Notes under the pieces: generated by a model
What the model was told of the DNA's origin: nothing
The model's database searches: none
The model's input: the letters and a program-made list of their open reading frames with translations, nothing else
Shown here: in pieces, positions 21,037 to 30,965 of the stretch
How positions within the stretch are numbered: the first letter of the stretch is position 1
How the letters are laid out: the number at the start of each line of letters is the position of its first letter
Assembly (NCBI GenBank): GCA_946624985.1
Contig: CAMOSQ010000003.1
Location: 1,255-65,254, forward strand
From: an uncultured Bacillales bacterium
GTDB lineage: Bacteria; Bacillota_I; Bacilli_A; RF39; UBA660
Length of the DNA: 64,000 nucleotides
Direction: 5' to 3'
Translations under genes and position numbers: made by a program

Positions 21037-21450
21037 ATGGCATTTAGTTTAAAAAAATGGTTAAAAGAGGATGATAATGATATTTTTTCAGCTGATGGTG
21101 CAAGTGATACATATTATAATAAGACACCAGATGAGGCAACACTAGAAAATGGAAAGAGTAAAATGATTTTGCTTGAGCCTAGGGCTTATTCTGAATCTCA
21201 ACAAATAGTTGATCACTTAAAGGCTAGAAATACTGTTGTTGTTAATTTAAAGAGGGTTACATCTGATCAAGCTAAGAGAATTGTTGATTTTTTGAGTGGA
21301 ACAATTTATGCGATTGGTGGAGATATTCAAAAGATAGGTGGAGGTATTTTCTTACTTACTCCTAATAATGTTAATATTCAAGGATCTATTTCTGATGAAA
21401 AAGATGGAAAAGATATTCATGATAATGATGATATAAATATTGAATGGTAA
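21037..21450 (+). CDS. sepF: Cell division protein SepF
   Basis: The DUF552 core is [28 protein letters not shown]...[12 protein letters not shown]. Confidence 0.85.
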   Translation: MAFSLKKWLKEDDNDIFSADGASDTYYNKTPDEATLENGKSKMILLEPRAYSESQQIVDHLKARNTVVVNLKRVTSDQAKRIVDFLSGTIYAIGGDIQKIGGGIFLLTPNNVNIQGSISDEKDGKDIHDNDDINIEW

Positions 21451-21525
21451 AATATAATTTTTTGTTAAATATTTATTGAAATATGGTATGAAGTGTGTTA
21501 GAATATACCTTATTCGAGGTGAGGT

Positions 21526-21987
21526 ATGGAAAAATATATAAATACACTTCGTAATGATGATGTTGTGAAGTATTTAAATGAAGTTATGAATAGACTTGCT
21601 CAAATAGAAGGTGAGAACAGTTTAAAAGATAAGCGACTTTACAATTATGATTTAGAGGTTAGAAGATTACAAAATGAAAATTTAAATCTTCATAATCAAA
21701 TTAATTATTATAAGAGTATAGAGGCAACTTTGAACAATTCTATGGCAATGGTTAGAAATACTTCTGAACAAATTAAAAATAATGCTTTAAAGGAACGTGA
21801 GGTTATAATTAGTGACGCAAAGGGTATTGCTTCTAGAATACTTAATGATGCATTAATTAAAGCTGAGCGTGTTAATATGGAAACTGATAAGTTGAAAAGA
21901 GATGTTTCTATATATAAGAATAAAGTAAGGTCTTTAATTGAGTGTCAATTAGAGGTTATTGATGATATTGAGAAAATTGATATTTAA
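21526..21987 (+). CDS. divIVA: DivIVA-family coiled-coil protein
   Basis: The central/C-terminal region IEATLNNSMAMVRNTSEQIKNNALKERE...LIECQLEVI aligns to Bacillus subtilis DivIVA (IEETLNKSILVAQEAAEDVKRNSQKEAK...MLIEAQLDLL). It sits at the conserved sepF ... divIVA-ileS position. The extreme N-terminus is shorter than in canonical DivIVA. Confidence 0.65.
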   Translation: MEKYINTLRNDDVVKYLNEVMNRLAQIEGENSLKDKRLYNYDLEVRRLQNENLNLHNQINYYKSIEATLNNSMAMVRNTSEQIKNNALKEREVIISDAKGIASRILNDALIKAERVNMETDKLKRDVSIYKNKVRSLIECQLEVIDDIEKIDI

Positions 21988-21994
21988 AACATAT

Positions 21995-22198
21995 GATGAA
22001 GACGATATATTATTTGATTTATAGAGAGTTAGTGGTTGGTGAAAACTGATATGAGGATAATATATGGATCACTTTTGATGTGTTTAATCCAATAGGTTAA
22101 AACGGTGACGCGTTATAGTTGTTGAGTGCATAGAGTTCTATGAATTAAGGTGGTACCGCGATATTTCGTCCTTAAATTTGTAGGATTTTTTTTTGGAG
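21995..22198 (+). promoter_or_regulatory. T-box riboswitch leader
   Basis: Stem-I elements AGAGAG and GGTGA are present. The conserved T-box sequence AATTAAGGTGGTACCGCG is at 22143-22160, followed by a U-run at 22186-22194. It lies upstream of the CaCA-ileS gene pair, so the predicted specifier is isoleucine. Confidence 0.75.
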
Positions 22199-22206
22199 GT
22201 TAATAT

Positions 22207-23157
22207 ATGATTTTACAAGTTTTATTATTAGTAATTGGTTTTATTGTTTTGATTAAGGGAGCAGATATTTTTGTTGATGGTGCTTCTAGTATTGCATTAA
22301 ATTTTAAGTTGTCTAAGATGTTAATTGGTCTTACTATTGTTGCTTTTGGAACTAGTGCTCCTGAGTTTGCGGTATCTGTTAAGTCAATTATTTCAGGTAA
22401 TGCTGATATGTTACTTGGTAATGTTATAGGTAGTAATATTTTAAACATTTTGCTTATAATTGGTATTTGTTCTTTAATACATCCAATTTATGTTAAGAGT
22501 AATACTGTTAAGAAGGAAATACCTATTGTTATGCTTATTAGTGGTTTATTATTTTTTTTAGTTAGGGATGATTTATTTGTTAAAAGTATTAATGAAGTAA
22601 GTAGAAATGATGGATTTATAATTTTATTATTTTTTACTATATTTATTTATTATTTGATTTCTATTATGAGAAATAAGACTGATGAAGATTCTGATGATAT
22701 GGCAAAGTTTGGAATAGGTAAGTCTATATTATTTACTTTGTTTGGTATTATTTGTATTGTTATTGGAAGTAATGTTGTTGTTGATAGTGCTTCTAAGATT
22801 GCGACTATATTAGGTGTAAGTCAAAGAATGATTGCCTTAACAGTTGTAGCATTTGGTACATCTTTACCTGAACTTGTTACATCTATTGTTTCAATTAAAA
22901 AAGGTGAACAAGAAATTCTTGTTGGAAATATAGTTGGAAGTAATATATTTAATATTGGAGTTGTTTTAGGTATTCCAGTTGCATTATTTGGAGGTGTTCC
23001 AGCTGTTGGTTTTAGCGTTATTGATTTAATTGTTATGATTGTTGCTTCTATGTTATTATTTTTATTTTCATTTAAGGATAGAAAGATTGATAAATTTGAA
23101 GGTGTAATAATGTTAATTATTTTTATAGTTTATTATACTTTTGTAATTGTAGGTTAG
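22207..23157 (+). CDS. CaCA-family cation/Ca2+ antiporter (YrbG-like)
   Basis: There are two alpha-repeat motifs (GNVIGSNILN / GNIVGSNIFN) and ten TM helices. Confidence 0.8.
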   Translation: MILQVLLLVIGFIVLIKGADIFVDGASSIALNFKLSKMLIGLTIVAFGTSAPEFAVSVKSIISGNADMLLGNVIGSNILNILLIIGICSLIHPIYVKSNTVKKEIPIVMLISGLLFFLVRDDLFVKSINEVSRNDGFIILLFFTIFIYYLISIMRNKTDEDSDDMAKFGIGKSILFTLFGIICIVIGSNVVVDSASKIATILGVSQRMIALTVVAFGTSLPELVTSIVSIKKGEQEILVGNIVGSNIFNIGVVLGIPVALFGGVPAVGFSVIDLIVMIVASMLLFLFSFKDRKIDKFEGVIMLIIFIVYYTFVIVG

Positions 23158-23166
23158 GAGGATTTT

Positions 23167-26100
23167 ATGGAATTTAAAGAATTAAGTAAAAAGAATATAA
23201 ATGAGGTTGAAAGTGATATATTATCTAGTTGGAAGGATATGGATATATTAAAGAAAACAACTGATCATAGAGAAGGTTGTGATGATTTTGTTTTTTATGA
23301 TGGCCCTATATATGCGAATGCGAAACCTGGTATTCATCATGTTTTTGCGAAAACTATTAAAGATTCATTTTGTAAATATAAGGTAATGAATGGTTATCAT
23401 GTTTTAAGAAAGATAGGCCTTGATACTCATGGTTTGCCAATTGAAGTTAATGTTGAAAAGAAGTTAGGTTTTAAGTCTAAGACTGATATTGAAAATTTAG
23501 GTGTTGAGAATTTTTGTAAGGAGTGCAAAAAGGAAACTGCTACTAATATAGATGAAGTTAAAAAAGTTACTGATATGATGGGACAATTTATTGATTGTGA
23601 TAATCCATATGTTACTTGTGATAATGAGTATATTGAGTCTGAATGGTGGATTGTTAATGAGTTAAATAAAAAGGGTTTAATTTATCATGGCAATAAAGTT
23701 TTACCATATTGTCCAAGATGTGGAACTGAGCTTTCTTCTTTTGAGGTTGCTCAAGGTTATAAAGAGGTTTCTGTTAATACAGTTTATGTTCCATTTAAGT
23801 TAGTTGATGATGATACTTATGTACTTGTTTGGACAACTACACCATGGACTTTAATGGCTAATGTTGCTTTATGTGTTAATCCATCTTTAGAGTATGTTAA
23901 AGTATTATCAAAGGGTTATAAGTTTATTGTTGCTTCTAGTTTAGTATCTTCTGTTTTAGGTGAAGAGTATGAAGTATTAGAAACTTATAAAGGTAGTGAT
24001 TTAGTTGGTTTAAAATATGAACAATTATTACCTTTTGTTGATGTTACTGGTAAGGCTTTTGAAATTTTATCTGATGGTTATGTAACTGCTAGTGATGGTA
24101 CTGGTATAGTTCATATCGCGCCAGCATATGGTGAAGATGATAATAGAGTAGCTACATCTAATGGTATAAGTTTTATTAATCCTGTTGATAAGAATGGATG
24201 TTATATCTGTGGTCCATGGAAAGGAAGACTTGTAACTGATCCAGAGCTTGAAATAGATATTATTAAGTATTTAAGTAGTGAAGATAAGTTATTTAAGAAA
24301 CAAAAGATTAGTCATGATTATCCACATTGTTGGAGATGTAAACAACCTTTAATTTATTATGCTAAACCTGCTTGGTATGTAAATAATACTAGTTATAAAG
24401 ATAAGATAATTGAAGCTAACAGTAAGATTAATTGGTATCCTGCTTATGTTGGTGAGAAGAGATTTAATAACTGGCTTGAGAATATGGTAGATTGGGGTAT
24501 TTCTCGTAATAGATATTGGGGTTGTCCACTTCCTATTTGGGAGTGTTCATGTGGTCATTTTGAGACTATTGGATCATGTGCTGAATTAAAGGAAAAAGCA
24601 ATTGAGGATATAGATATTGATGCATTAGAGTTACACAGACCGTATGTAGATGATATTCATATTAAGTGTCCAGATTGTGGTAAGAGTATGTCAAGAGTTC
24701 TTGATGTTATGGATGTTTGGTTTGATAGTGGTGCGATGCCTTATGCTCAATATCATTATCCATTTGAAAATAAGGAATTATTTGAGAGTCAATTTCCTGC
24801 TGATTTTATAGCTGAGGGTGTTGATCAAACTCGTGGATGGTTCTATGTTTTACTTGTTTTATCTACATTAATTAGTGGTGAATCAAGTTTTAAAAATGTT
24901 GTTGTTAACGATATGATGCTTGATGCTCATGGTAAGAAGATGAGTAAGTCTGTTGGTAATATTATTGAGCCAATTAGTATTATGTCTAAGTATGGTGCTG
25001 ATACTATTAGATGGTATATGCTATATGTTTCTCCTGTATGGACTCCATTAAAGTTTGATGAAGAGGGTGTAAAGGAAATATATTCTAAGTATATAAGTAC
25101 ATTTAAGAATTCTTATTCATTCTTCCAAATGTATGCTAATGCGGATGGGGTAGATCCAAGAGAGTATGATATTCCAGTAGAGAAACGTGAAGACATTGAT
25201 AAGTGGTTAATTTCTAAATTAAATAAATTAGTTAGAGATGTTATTAGTGCTTTTGAAGAATATGATTTAAATAAAGTTACTAGACTTATTATTCCATTTA
25301 TTAATGATGATTTATCTAACTGGTATATCAGAAGTAATCGAAGAAGATTCTGGGAAAGTGAGTTAACGGAATCTAAGAAAGCAGTTTATCTTACTACATA
25401 TGAGGTACTTGTTACTTTATGTAAGTTATGTGCGCCAATTACTCCATTTATTACTGAAGAAATTTACAAGAATTTAACTGGTGAAGAGTCTGTTCATTTA
25501 GCTGATTATCCAGTTTATGATGAGTCTTTAATTAATGATGAAGTTGAAGAAAAGATGGATTTAGTTAGAGATATTTGTTCTTTAGGTAGATTTGCTAGAG
25601 AGGATGCTAAAATAAAGGTTAGACAACCAATTAGTGAGGTTTTACTTGATAAGAATGTTTCTAAGTTGATTAATGAATTTGAATCTGTTATTAAAGAAGA
25701 ATTAAATGTTAAAGAGATAACTTATATTGATAATATGACTGATTATTTAGATTATATTATTAAGCCTAATTTTAGAGAAGTTGGTAAGATGTTTGGAAGT
25801 AATGTAGGTGAATTTACTAAATTACTTGGAACACTTTCTGTTAGTCAAATTGAAACTTTAAAGAACGATAGTATTAAAGTTGATTTTATGGGTAATGAAT
25901 TAGAGATTACTCCTTCTATGGTGTTAATCACAGTTAATGTTAAGGATGGATATTGTTCTTCTAATAATGGTCATGTATTTGTTATTTTAAATACAGAGTT
26001 AAATGAGGATTTAATCTTAGAAGGACTTGCTCGTGAGATTGTTAGAAAAGTTCAAAGTCTTAGAAAAGATAACGATTATGTTATTACTGATAGAATTAAA

Positions 26101-26262
26101 TTATATTATGATGGTAGTGATATGATAGATAAGACTATAGATAAATATAGTGATTATATAAAGAATGAGACTTTAGCTGTAGAATTAATTAAAGATACTA
26201 GTTTATCTGAATCATATGATATGAATGGAGAACAAGTTAAGGTTAAGACTGAGAGAATATAA
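23167..26262 (+). CDS. ileS: Isoleucyl-tRNA synthetase (long, 1031-aa form)
   Basis: This is a class I aaRS with KMSKS, a CP1 editing domain and C-terminal Zn-binding Cys pairs. It starts 10 nt after the antiporter gene. Confidence 0.95.
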   Translation: MEFKELSKKNINEVESDILSSWKDMDILKKTTDHREGCDDFVFYDGPIYANAKPGIHHVFAKTIKDSFCKYKVMNGYHVLRKIGLDTHGLPIEVNVEKKLGFKSKTDIENLGVENFCKECKKETATNIDEVKKVTDMMGQFIDCDNPYVTCDNEYIESEWWIVNELNKKGLIYHGNKVLPYCPRCGTELSSFEVAQGYKEVSVNTVYVPFKLVDDDTYVLVWTTTPWTLMANVALCVNPSLEYVKVLSKGYKFIVASSLVSSVLGEEYEVLETYKGSDLVGLKYEQLLPFVDVTGKAFEILSDGYVTASDGTGIVHIAPAYGEDDNRVATSNGISFINPVDKNGCYICGPWKGRLVTDPELEIDIIKYLSSEDKLFKKQKISHDYPHCWRCKQPLIYYAKPAWYVNNTSYKDKIIEANSKINWYPAYVGEKRFNNWLENMVDWGISRNRYWGCPLPIWECSCGHFETIGSCAELKEKAIEDIDIDALELHRPYVDDIHIKCPDCGKSMSRVLDVMDVWFDSGAMPYAQYHYPFENKELFESQFPADFIAEGVDQTRGWFYVLLVLSTLISGESSFKNVVVNDMMLDAHGKKMSKSVGNIIEPISIMSKYGADTIRWYMLYVSPVWTPLKFDEEGVKEIYSKYISTFKNSYSFFQMYANADGVDPREYDIPVEKREDIDKWLISKLNKLVRDVISAFEEYDLNKVTRLIIPFINDDLSNWYIRSNRRRFWESELTESKKAVYLTTYEVLVTLCKLCAPITPFITEEIYKNLTGEESVHLADYPVYDESLINDEVEEKMDLVRDICSLGRFAREDAKIKVRQPISEVLLDKNVSKLINEFESVIKEELNVKEITYIDNMTDYLDYIIKPNFREVGKMFGSNVGEFTKLLGTLSVSQIETLKNDSIKVDFMGNELEITPSMVLITVNVKDGYCSSNNGHVFVILNTELNEDLILEGLAREIVRKVQSLRKDNDYVITDRIKLYYDGSDMIDKTIDKYSDYIKNETLAVELIKDTSLSESYDMNGEQVKVKTERI

Positions 26263-26285
26263 GGAAGCATAGGCTTCCTTTTTAA
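26261..26285. terminator. Bidirectional terminator between ileS (+) and the sigma factor gene (-)
   Basis: AAGGAAGC-ata-GGCTTCCTT followed by TTT. Confidence 0.7.
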
Positions 26286-26977
26286 TTGTTGTTTTTATTT
26301 TTTATAAATTCTCTTAACATTTTTGTAAGTGCTCTTTTTTCTATTCTTGAAACATAGCTTCTCGATATACCTAGTTCTTTTGCTATTTCTTTTTGCGTTA
26401 CTTCGTCTTGATTATTTAATCCATATCTTTTTATAATTATATCTTTTTCTCTATTATTTAATACATTAAAGTATGTTTTTAATAGTTTTATATTATTTTT
26501 TGTATGTATATCCATAGCAAAGTCAGGATCTGGAGTTTTTAATATATCTAAAAGTGTTATTTCGTTTCCATCTTTATCGAATCCTATTGATTCATTAATG
26601 CTTACGTTTTTGTTGTTTTTTTTATTGTTTCTATAGTTCATTAGGATTTCATTTTCTATACATCTTGCGCAGTAGGTTGTAATTCTTGTTCCATGTTTAT
26701 ATGAGTAGCTATCTATTCCTTTTATTAGTCCTATTGTTCCAATGCTTATTAAATCATCTGTTTCGTTTTTGTTATCGTATTTTTTTACTATGTGGGCCAC
26801 TAATCTTAGGTTGTGTTCTATTAGTTTATTTCGTGCTTCAATGTTTCCTTGAAGCATTTTTTTTACATATTCTTCTTCTTGTTCTTTTGTTAGAGGTTCT
26901 GGAAATACATCGTTTGAATATGCTGCTGAGAATATGTAAAAGTCTTTAAAAAGGTATTTCAATATTTTTAAAAGCAT
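26282..26977 (-). CDS. sigK: Sporulation sigma factor with pro-sequence, SigK-like (SigE not excluded)
   Basis: A roughly 20-aa hydrophobic pro-peptide is followed by FPEPL (Bacillus pro-sigma-K has FPQPL). The region 2 segment LIEHNLRLVAHIVKKY is identical in pattern to SigK. Region 4 has an HTH. Confidence 0.6.
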   Translation of the reverse strand: MLLKILKYLFKDFYIFSAAYSNDVFPEPLTKEQEEEYVKKMLQGNIEARNKLIEHNLRLVAHIVKKYDNKNETDDLISIGTIGLIKGIDSYSYKHGTRITTYCARCIENEILMNYRNNKKNNKNVSINESIGFDKDGNEITLLDILKTPDPDFAMDIHTKNNIKLLKTYFNVLNNREKDIIIKRYGLNNQDEVTQKEIAKELGISRSYVSRIEKRALTKMLREFIKNKNNN

Positions 26978-27086
26978 ACAATCACTCCTAATAAAGTATA
27001 TTTATATTTTTAAAATTAATATCTAGTTTTGTCGAAATTCATGTAATGTTTCGTTTATTGTGATAAATTATAATTGAGGTGATTAT

Positions 27087-27431
27087 ATGCTTGATGTTAA
27101 TTTTGAATTTAGGAGAGGTATACTTTTTATAAGACTTTGTGGTGATCTTACTAAGAAAACAATAAGTCAATTTGATGAAATGGTTACTAATTTAATTCGT
27201 GATAATGGAATTCGTAATGTTGTTTTTAATGTTAGTTATTTGAATAAAATTGATTTAAAGGGAACTAGTAGATTGTTTTATAATTATGAGCTTTGTAAAA
27301 AAAATAGAGGTGTAAGTTTACTCTGCTGTGTTGATAATAATGATATACATAAAAAAATTGAGAATACTAGATTGTTTCAATATATGTATGATCTAAATGA
27401 TGAGCTTTCTGCTTTTAATTTTATTGAATAG
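27087..27431 (+). CDS. spoIIAA: Anti-sigma-F antagonist (STAS domain, SpoIIAA-like)
   Basis: This 114-aa protein has the STAS fold pattern (ILFIRLCGDL ... VVFNVSYLNKIDLKGTS). It lies directly upstream of sigF. Confidence 0.7.
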   Translation: MLDVNFEFRRGILFIRLCGDLTKKTISQFDEMVTNLIRDNGIRNVVFNVSYLNKIDLKGTSRLFYNYELCKKNRGVSLLCCVDNNDIHKKIENTRLFQYMYDLNDELSAFNFIE

Positions 27432-27440
27432 GGGAGGAAA

Positions 27441-28103
27441 ATGGAATCTTTAACCAATTTAATTGATCAAAATAAGAATTTAATTTATAAAATTACGACT
27501 TTGTTTACTGGTTATAGTAATAAGGAGGATTTGTTTCAAGTTGGTTGTATAGGTCTAATTAATGCTTATAAAAAGTATGATGAAAGTTTTAATACAAAGT
27601 TTTCTACTTATGCTTATCCATTTATTTTAGGCGAAATTAGTAATTATGTAAAAAAGGATAAAGGAATTAAAATAAGTAGAGAGTTGAATCGAATAAATTC
27701 AATGATTGAGCGTACAAGTATTTTACTCACTCAAAAGTATATGAGAGAACCTTCTATATCAGAGATTGCATCTTATTTGGAAATTGATGAAAGTTTGGTT
27801 GTTGATGCGATGATTTCTAGATATCCTACAATTAGTATGGATAGTGTTATTAATGATGATGGTAGGGAAATAACATTACTTGATACTATTCCTGATATTA
27901 ATAATTTAGATATGAATACTTTAGTAGCTTTGAAGGATGAATTATTGAAACTTAGTCCTTTTGAGCAGCAACTTATAAATGAAAGATATGTTAAGAATTT
28001 GACTCAAAGTGAAGTTGCATATAATATGGGTATTTCTCAGGTTCAGGTGTCTAGAAAAGAACAGAAGGTTTTGTCTAAGTTAAAAAGTAGTTTAATTTCA
28101 TAA
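27441..28103 (+). CDS. sigF: Sporulation sigma factor SigF (short form, 220 aa)
   Basis: DLFQVGCIGLINAYKKYD...KFSTYAYPFILGEI and SQSEVAYNMGISQVQVSRKEQKVL align with Bacillus SigF regions 2 and 4. The N-terminus is about 30 aa shorter than in B. subtilis SigF. Confidence 0.7.
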   Translation: MESLTNLIDQNKNLIYKITTLFTGYSNKEDLFQVGCIGLINAYKKYDESFNTKFSTYAYPFILGEISNYVKKDKGIKISRELNRINSMIERTSILLTQKYMREPSISEIASYLEIDESLVVDAMISRYPTISMDSVINDDGREITLLDTIPDINNLDMNTLVALKDELLKLSPFEQQLINERYVKNLTQSEVAYNMGISQVQVSRKEQKVLSKLKSSLIS

Positions 28104-28137
28104 AAAAAACAATAGACTAGCTCTATTGCTTTTTTTA
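28104..28137 (+). terminator. Rho-independent terminator after sigF
   Basis: CAATAGA-ctagc-TCTATTG followed by CTTTTTTT. Confidence 0.7.
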
Positions 28138-28432
28138 GATTGAGTACAGGAGTGAATTATATATCTATTATAGTTTGTTTAGAGGTTTTTGAAAGGAGAT
28201 ATGGAAGTAGGCGCAGAATGTACTCAAATCTAATTATAAATTCTCCTTTCATATAAATATTATCATTTGTGTTTTTTTTGTTCAAATAGATAATTTTTAA
28301 TTTCTGTTATTTTTTTTTTACAAATTATGTATTTTTGTTTTATCAGAAATTAATTATTGTACTTGTATATTTGTATATTAAATATTTTTGTATAAAAATA
28401 TATATTTTTTACAAAATATAAATGGTGATTAT

Positions 28433-28873
28433 ATGGAAAAAAGAAAGTATCAAAGCATTGTAAATAAATATACGCCTAAAGAAAATAGATTATATAATGC
28501 TTTAGTTGCATTTGTTGTTGGTGGTTTAATGGGAGTTTTAGGTGAAGTTTTAATGGAACTTTATTCATATTTTTTAAATATTCCTGTTAAGGAGGCTTCT
28601 GTGTTTATGATTGTTACTTTAATTTTTATTGGATGTTTATTTACTTGCTTAGGATTTTTTGATAAGTTTGTACATTTTTGTAAGTGTGGTCTTATAATTC
28701 CTATTACTGGTTTTGCACATGCTATGCAGAGTGCTGCTTTAGAGTACAGGAAGGAAGGACTTGTTTTGGGAATTGGCGCTAATATATTTAAACTTGCTGG
28801 TAGTGTTATTGTGTTTGGTGTATTTAGTGCTTATGTTTTTGGATTATTAAGATTGATTTTAATGGGGGCGTAA
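28433..28873 (+). CDS. spoVAC: Stage V sporulation protein AC
   Basis: KYTPKENRLYNALVAFVVGGLMGVLGEVL matches the SpoVAC N-terminus. Length is about 147 aa from the ATG at 28433, which has a GGTGA RBS. Confidence 0.8.
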   Translation: MEKRKYQSIVNKYTPKENRLYNALVAFVVGGLMGVLGEVLMELYSYFLNIPVKEASVFMIVTLIFIGCLFTCLGFFDKFVHFCKCGLIIPITGFAHAMQSAALEYRKEGLVLGIGANIFKLAGSVIVFGVFSAYVFGLLRLILMGA

Positions 28874-28874
28874 T

Positions 28875-29861
28875 ATGACTAATAAATATGATAATGTTTA
28901 TATTAATGATGTTAGTACTATTAGTGGTCCATATGAGGCGAAAGGACCTTTTAGTAAATTGTATGATAAGAGTTATAATGATTTTTATTTTGGTGAAAAG
29001 TCGTTTGAGACTGCTGAGAGTAAATTGATTGATGAGTCTGTTGATATTTTATTGGATAAGGTTGATAAAACAAGATTTCAAATTGATTTATTGATTTCTG
29101 GTGATCTTATGAATCAGCTTACAAGTTCTAATTATGCTGCTAGTAGACTTGGTATTCCTTTTTTAGGTGTATATAATGCTTGCGCTACTAGTGTTGAAGG
29201 ATTAATTATAGCTTCTAATATGGTAGAACATAAGTGTGTTGATAATGTTATATGTTCTGTTGCTAGTCATAATAATGCTGCTGAAAAGCAATTTAGATAT
29301 CCTGTGGAGTATGGTGGACCTAAACCATGTTATACAACATTTACAACTACTGGTGGTTGCAGTGCTTATCTTTCTCGTGAAAAAAAAGGTGTTCGTGTTG
29401 ATAGTAGTACTATTGGAACTGTTGTTGATATGGGAATAAAGGATGTTTATAATATGGGTGCTGTTATGGCTGCAGCTTGTGGGGATACAATTTATAAGCA
29501 TCTTTCTAATACTAAAAGAGAGCCTGGTTATTATGATTTGATTTTATCTGGTGATTTAGGAATTTATGGAAAGAAAATTTTGGTAGAGTATATGAGAACT
29601 GAATATAATATTAACCTTAAGAATTATGATGATGCAGCTAGCATGATTTTTGATGTTGATAGGCAATCTGTATATGCTGGTGGATCTGGGCCTGCTTGTT
29701 TACCACTTGTTGCATATTCTTATGTAATGGAAAAAATGAAACATGGGGAAATTAATCGTGTTCTTCTTGTTGCGACTGGAGCTTTGATGAATACTACTAT
29801 GGTTAATCAAAAGTTATCTATTCCTAGTATAGCTCATGCAATTAGTTTGGAGGTAATATAG
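28875..29861 (+). CDS. spoVAD: Stage V sporulation protein AD (thiolase-like)
   Basis: There are extensive matches to SpoVAD: ISGDLMNQL, ACATSVEGL, NNAAEKQFRYPVEYGG and RVLLVATGALMN. Confidence 0.9.
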   Translation: MTNKYDNVYINDVSTISGPYEAKGPFSKLYDKSYNDFYFGEKSFETAESKLIDESVDILLDKVDKTRFQIDLLISGDLMNQLTSSNYAASRLGIPFLGVYNACATSVEGLIIASNMVEHKCVDNVICSVASHNNAAEKQFRYPVEYGGPKPCYTTFTTTGGCSAYLSREKKGVRVDSSTIGTVVDMGIKDVYNMGAVMAAACGDTIYKHLSNTKREPGYYDLILSGDLGIYGKKILVEYMRTEYNINLKNYDDAASMIFDVDRQSVYAGGSGPACLPLVAYSYVMEKMKHGEINRVLLVATGALMNTTMVNQKLSIPSIAHAISLEVI

Positions 29862-30211
29862 TGATATATTTTAATGCATTTTTATTTTGTGGTTTGGTTT
29901 GTTTAATTGGACAAATTATTTTGGATAATACTAAGCTTACGCCAGGACATATTACTGCTTTATTTGTTGTAGTTGGTGCTTTTTTAGATATATTTGGTAT
30001 TTATGATAAAATTATATTGTGGGCTGGTGGTGGAGCTTGTGTTCCTATTACTAGTTTTGGTCATTTACTTATACATGGAGCAATGGCATCTGCTGCTGAT
30101 TATGGTATTATGGGACTTTTTATGGGAATATTTGATCTTACTGCTTCTGGTATATCGTCTGCCATTATATTTTCTGTTATTTTATGTTTTTTATTTCAAC
30201 CAAAAAGTTAG
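29861..30211 (+). CDS. spoVAE: Stage V sporulation protein AE (SpoVAEB)
   Basis: LIGQIILDNTKLTPGH...GAFLDIFGIYD...AGGGACVPITSFG matches SpoVAEB. Length is 116 aa. Confidence 0.8.
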   Translation: MIYFNAFLFCGLVCLIGQIILDNTKLTPGHITALFVVVGAFLDIFGIYDKIILWAGGGACVPITSFGHLLIHGAMASAADYGIMGLFMGIFDLTASGISSAIIFSVILCFLFQPKS

Positions 30212-30251
30212 TTGGTTGATTTTTTTTTAATATTGTGTTATAGTATGTTTT

Positions 30252-30947
30252 ATGTTTATGGGGGGAATTATGGGTAGTATTGATGCTATTTTAAAAAAAA
30301 ACGAAGGAATGAATGTTGAAAGAATCGGTGAATGCGCTAGACGTAATTTTATATGTTATATTATTAAAACTTTTTTGAATAGTATGAAGACTGGTGATAA
30401 TATTGATTATTTGACACGTTATTTTTTGGATTATAGTTTTATAAAGAATATTAATATTGATAATGGAAATTGTGTTATTGATTATTATGATGATGATGAT
30501 ATTTGTAGATCTATTAGCTTTGGTGTTGTTCCTGATGAATTATGTTCTAAGTTTGGTAGTATGTTTTATGATAAAACTACTGGAAAATATCTTTTTTCTG
30601 GAGAGTGTCATTCTGTTGTTTTTAAATTTTTAGAAAAGTATCCTGATTGTAGATTAAGTGCGGTAACTTCTATTTGTGAGAGTTTTAATAATGTTAAATA
30701 TTTTCATTCATATTTATGGGATAAAAATAGTAATGACATAATTGATTTTTCTAGAAATATTATTATGAAAAAGGAACAATATGATATGTTATTCTGTTTT
30801 GAAGAAATAAATGTGATGGATTATAATTCTATAATGGAATCTTTAAATAATTTATGTTATTGTCCTAAAAGAGATAAGTATTGTAGATTGCTTTATTTAG
30901 CGCTTGTTACTTTATCTAAAGAAGAAAAGGTATTAGTTAAAAGTTAA
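30252..30947 (+). CDS. Hypothetical Cys-rich protein
   Basis: 231-aa ORF with no recognised motif. Confidence 0.35.
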   Translation: MFMGGIMGSIDAILKKNEGMNVERIGECARRNFICYIIKTFLNSMKTGDNIDYLTRYFLDYSFIKNINIDNGNCVIDYYDDDDICRSISFGVVPDELCSKFGSMFYDKTTGKYLFSGECHSVVFKFLEKYPDCRLSAVTSICESFNNVKYFHSYLWDKNSNDIIDFSRNIIMKKEQYDMLFCFEEINVMDYNSIMESLNNLCYCPKRDKYCRLLYLALVTLSKEEKVLVKS

Positions 30948-30965
30948 AAAAAATAGAGTTTTTCT

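Noticed and set aside
22200-22448. 82-aa minus-strand ORF overlapping the T-box/antiporter start
   Set aside because: It is antisense to the start of the CaCA gene and to the T-box terminator. There is no support for it.
26686-26949. 87-aa plus-strand ORF
   Set aside because: It lies entirely within the minus-strand sigma-factor gene and has a Leu-rich low-complexity translation.
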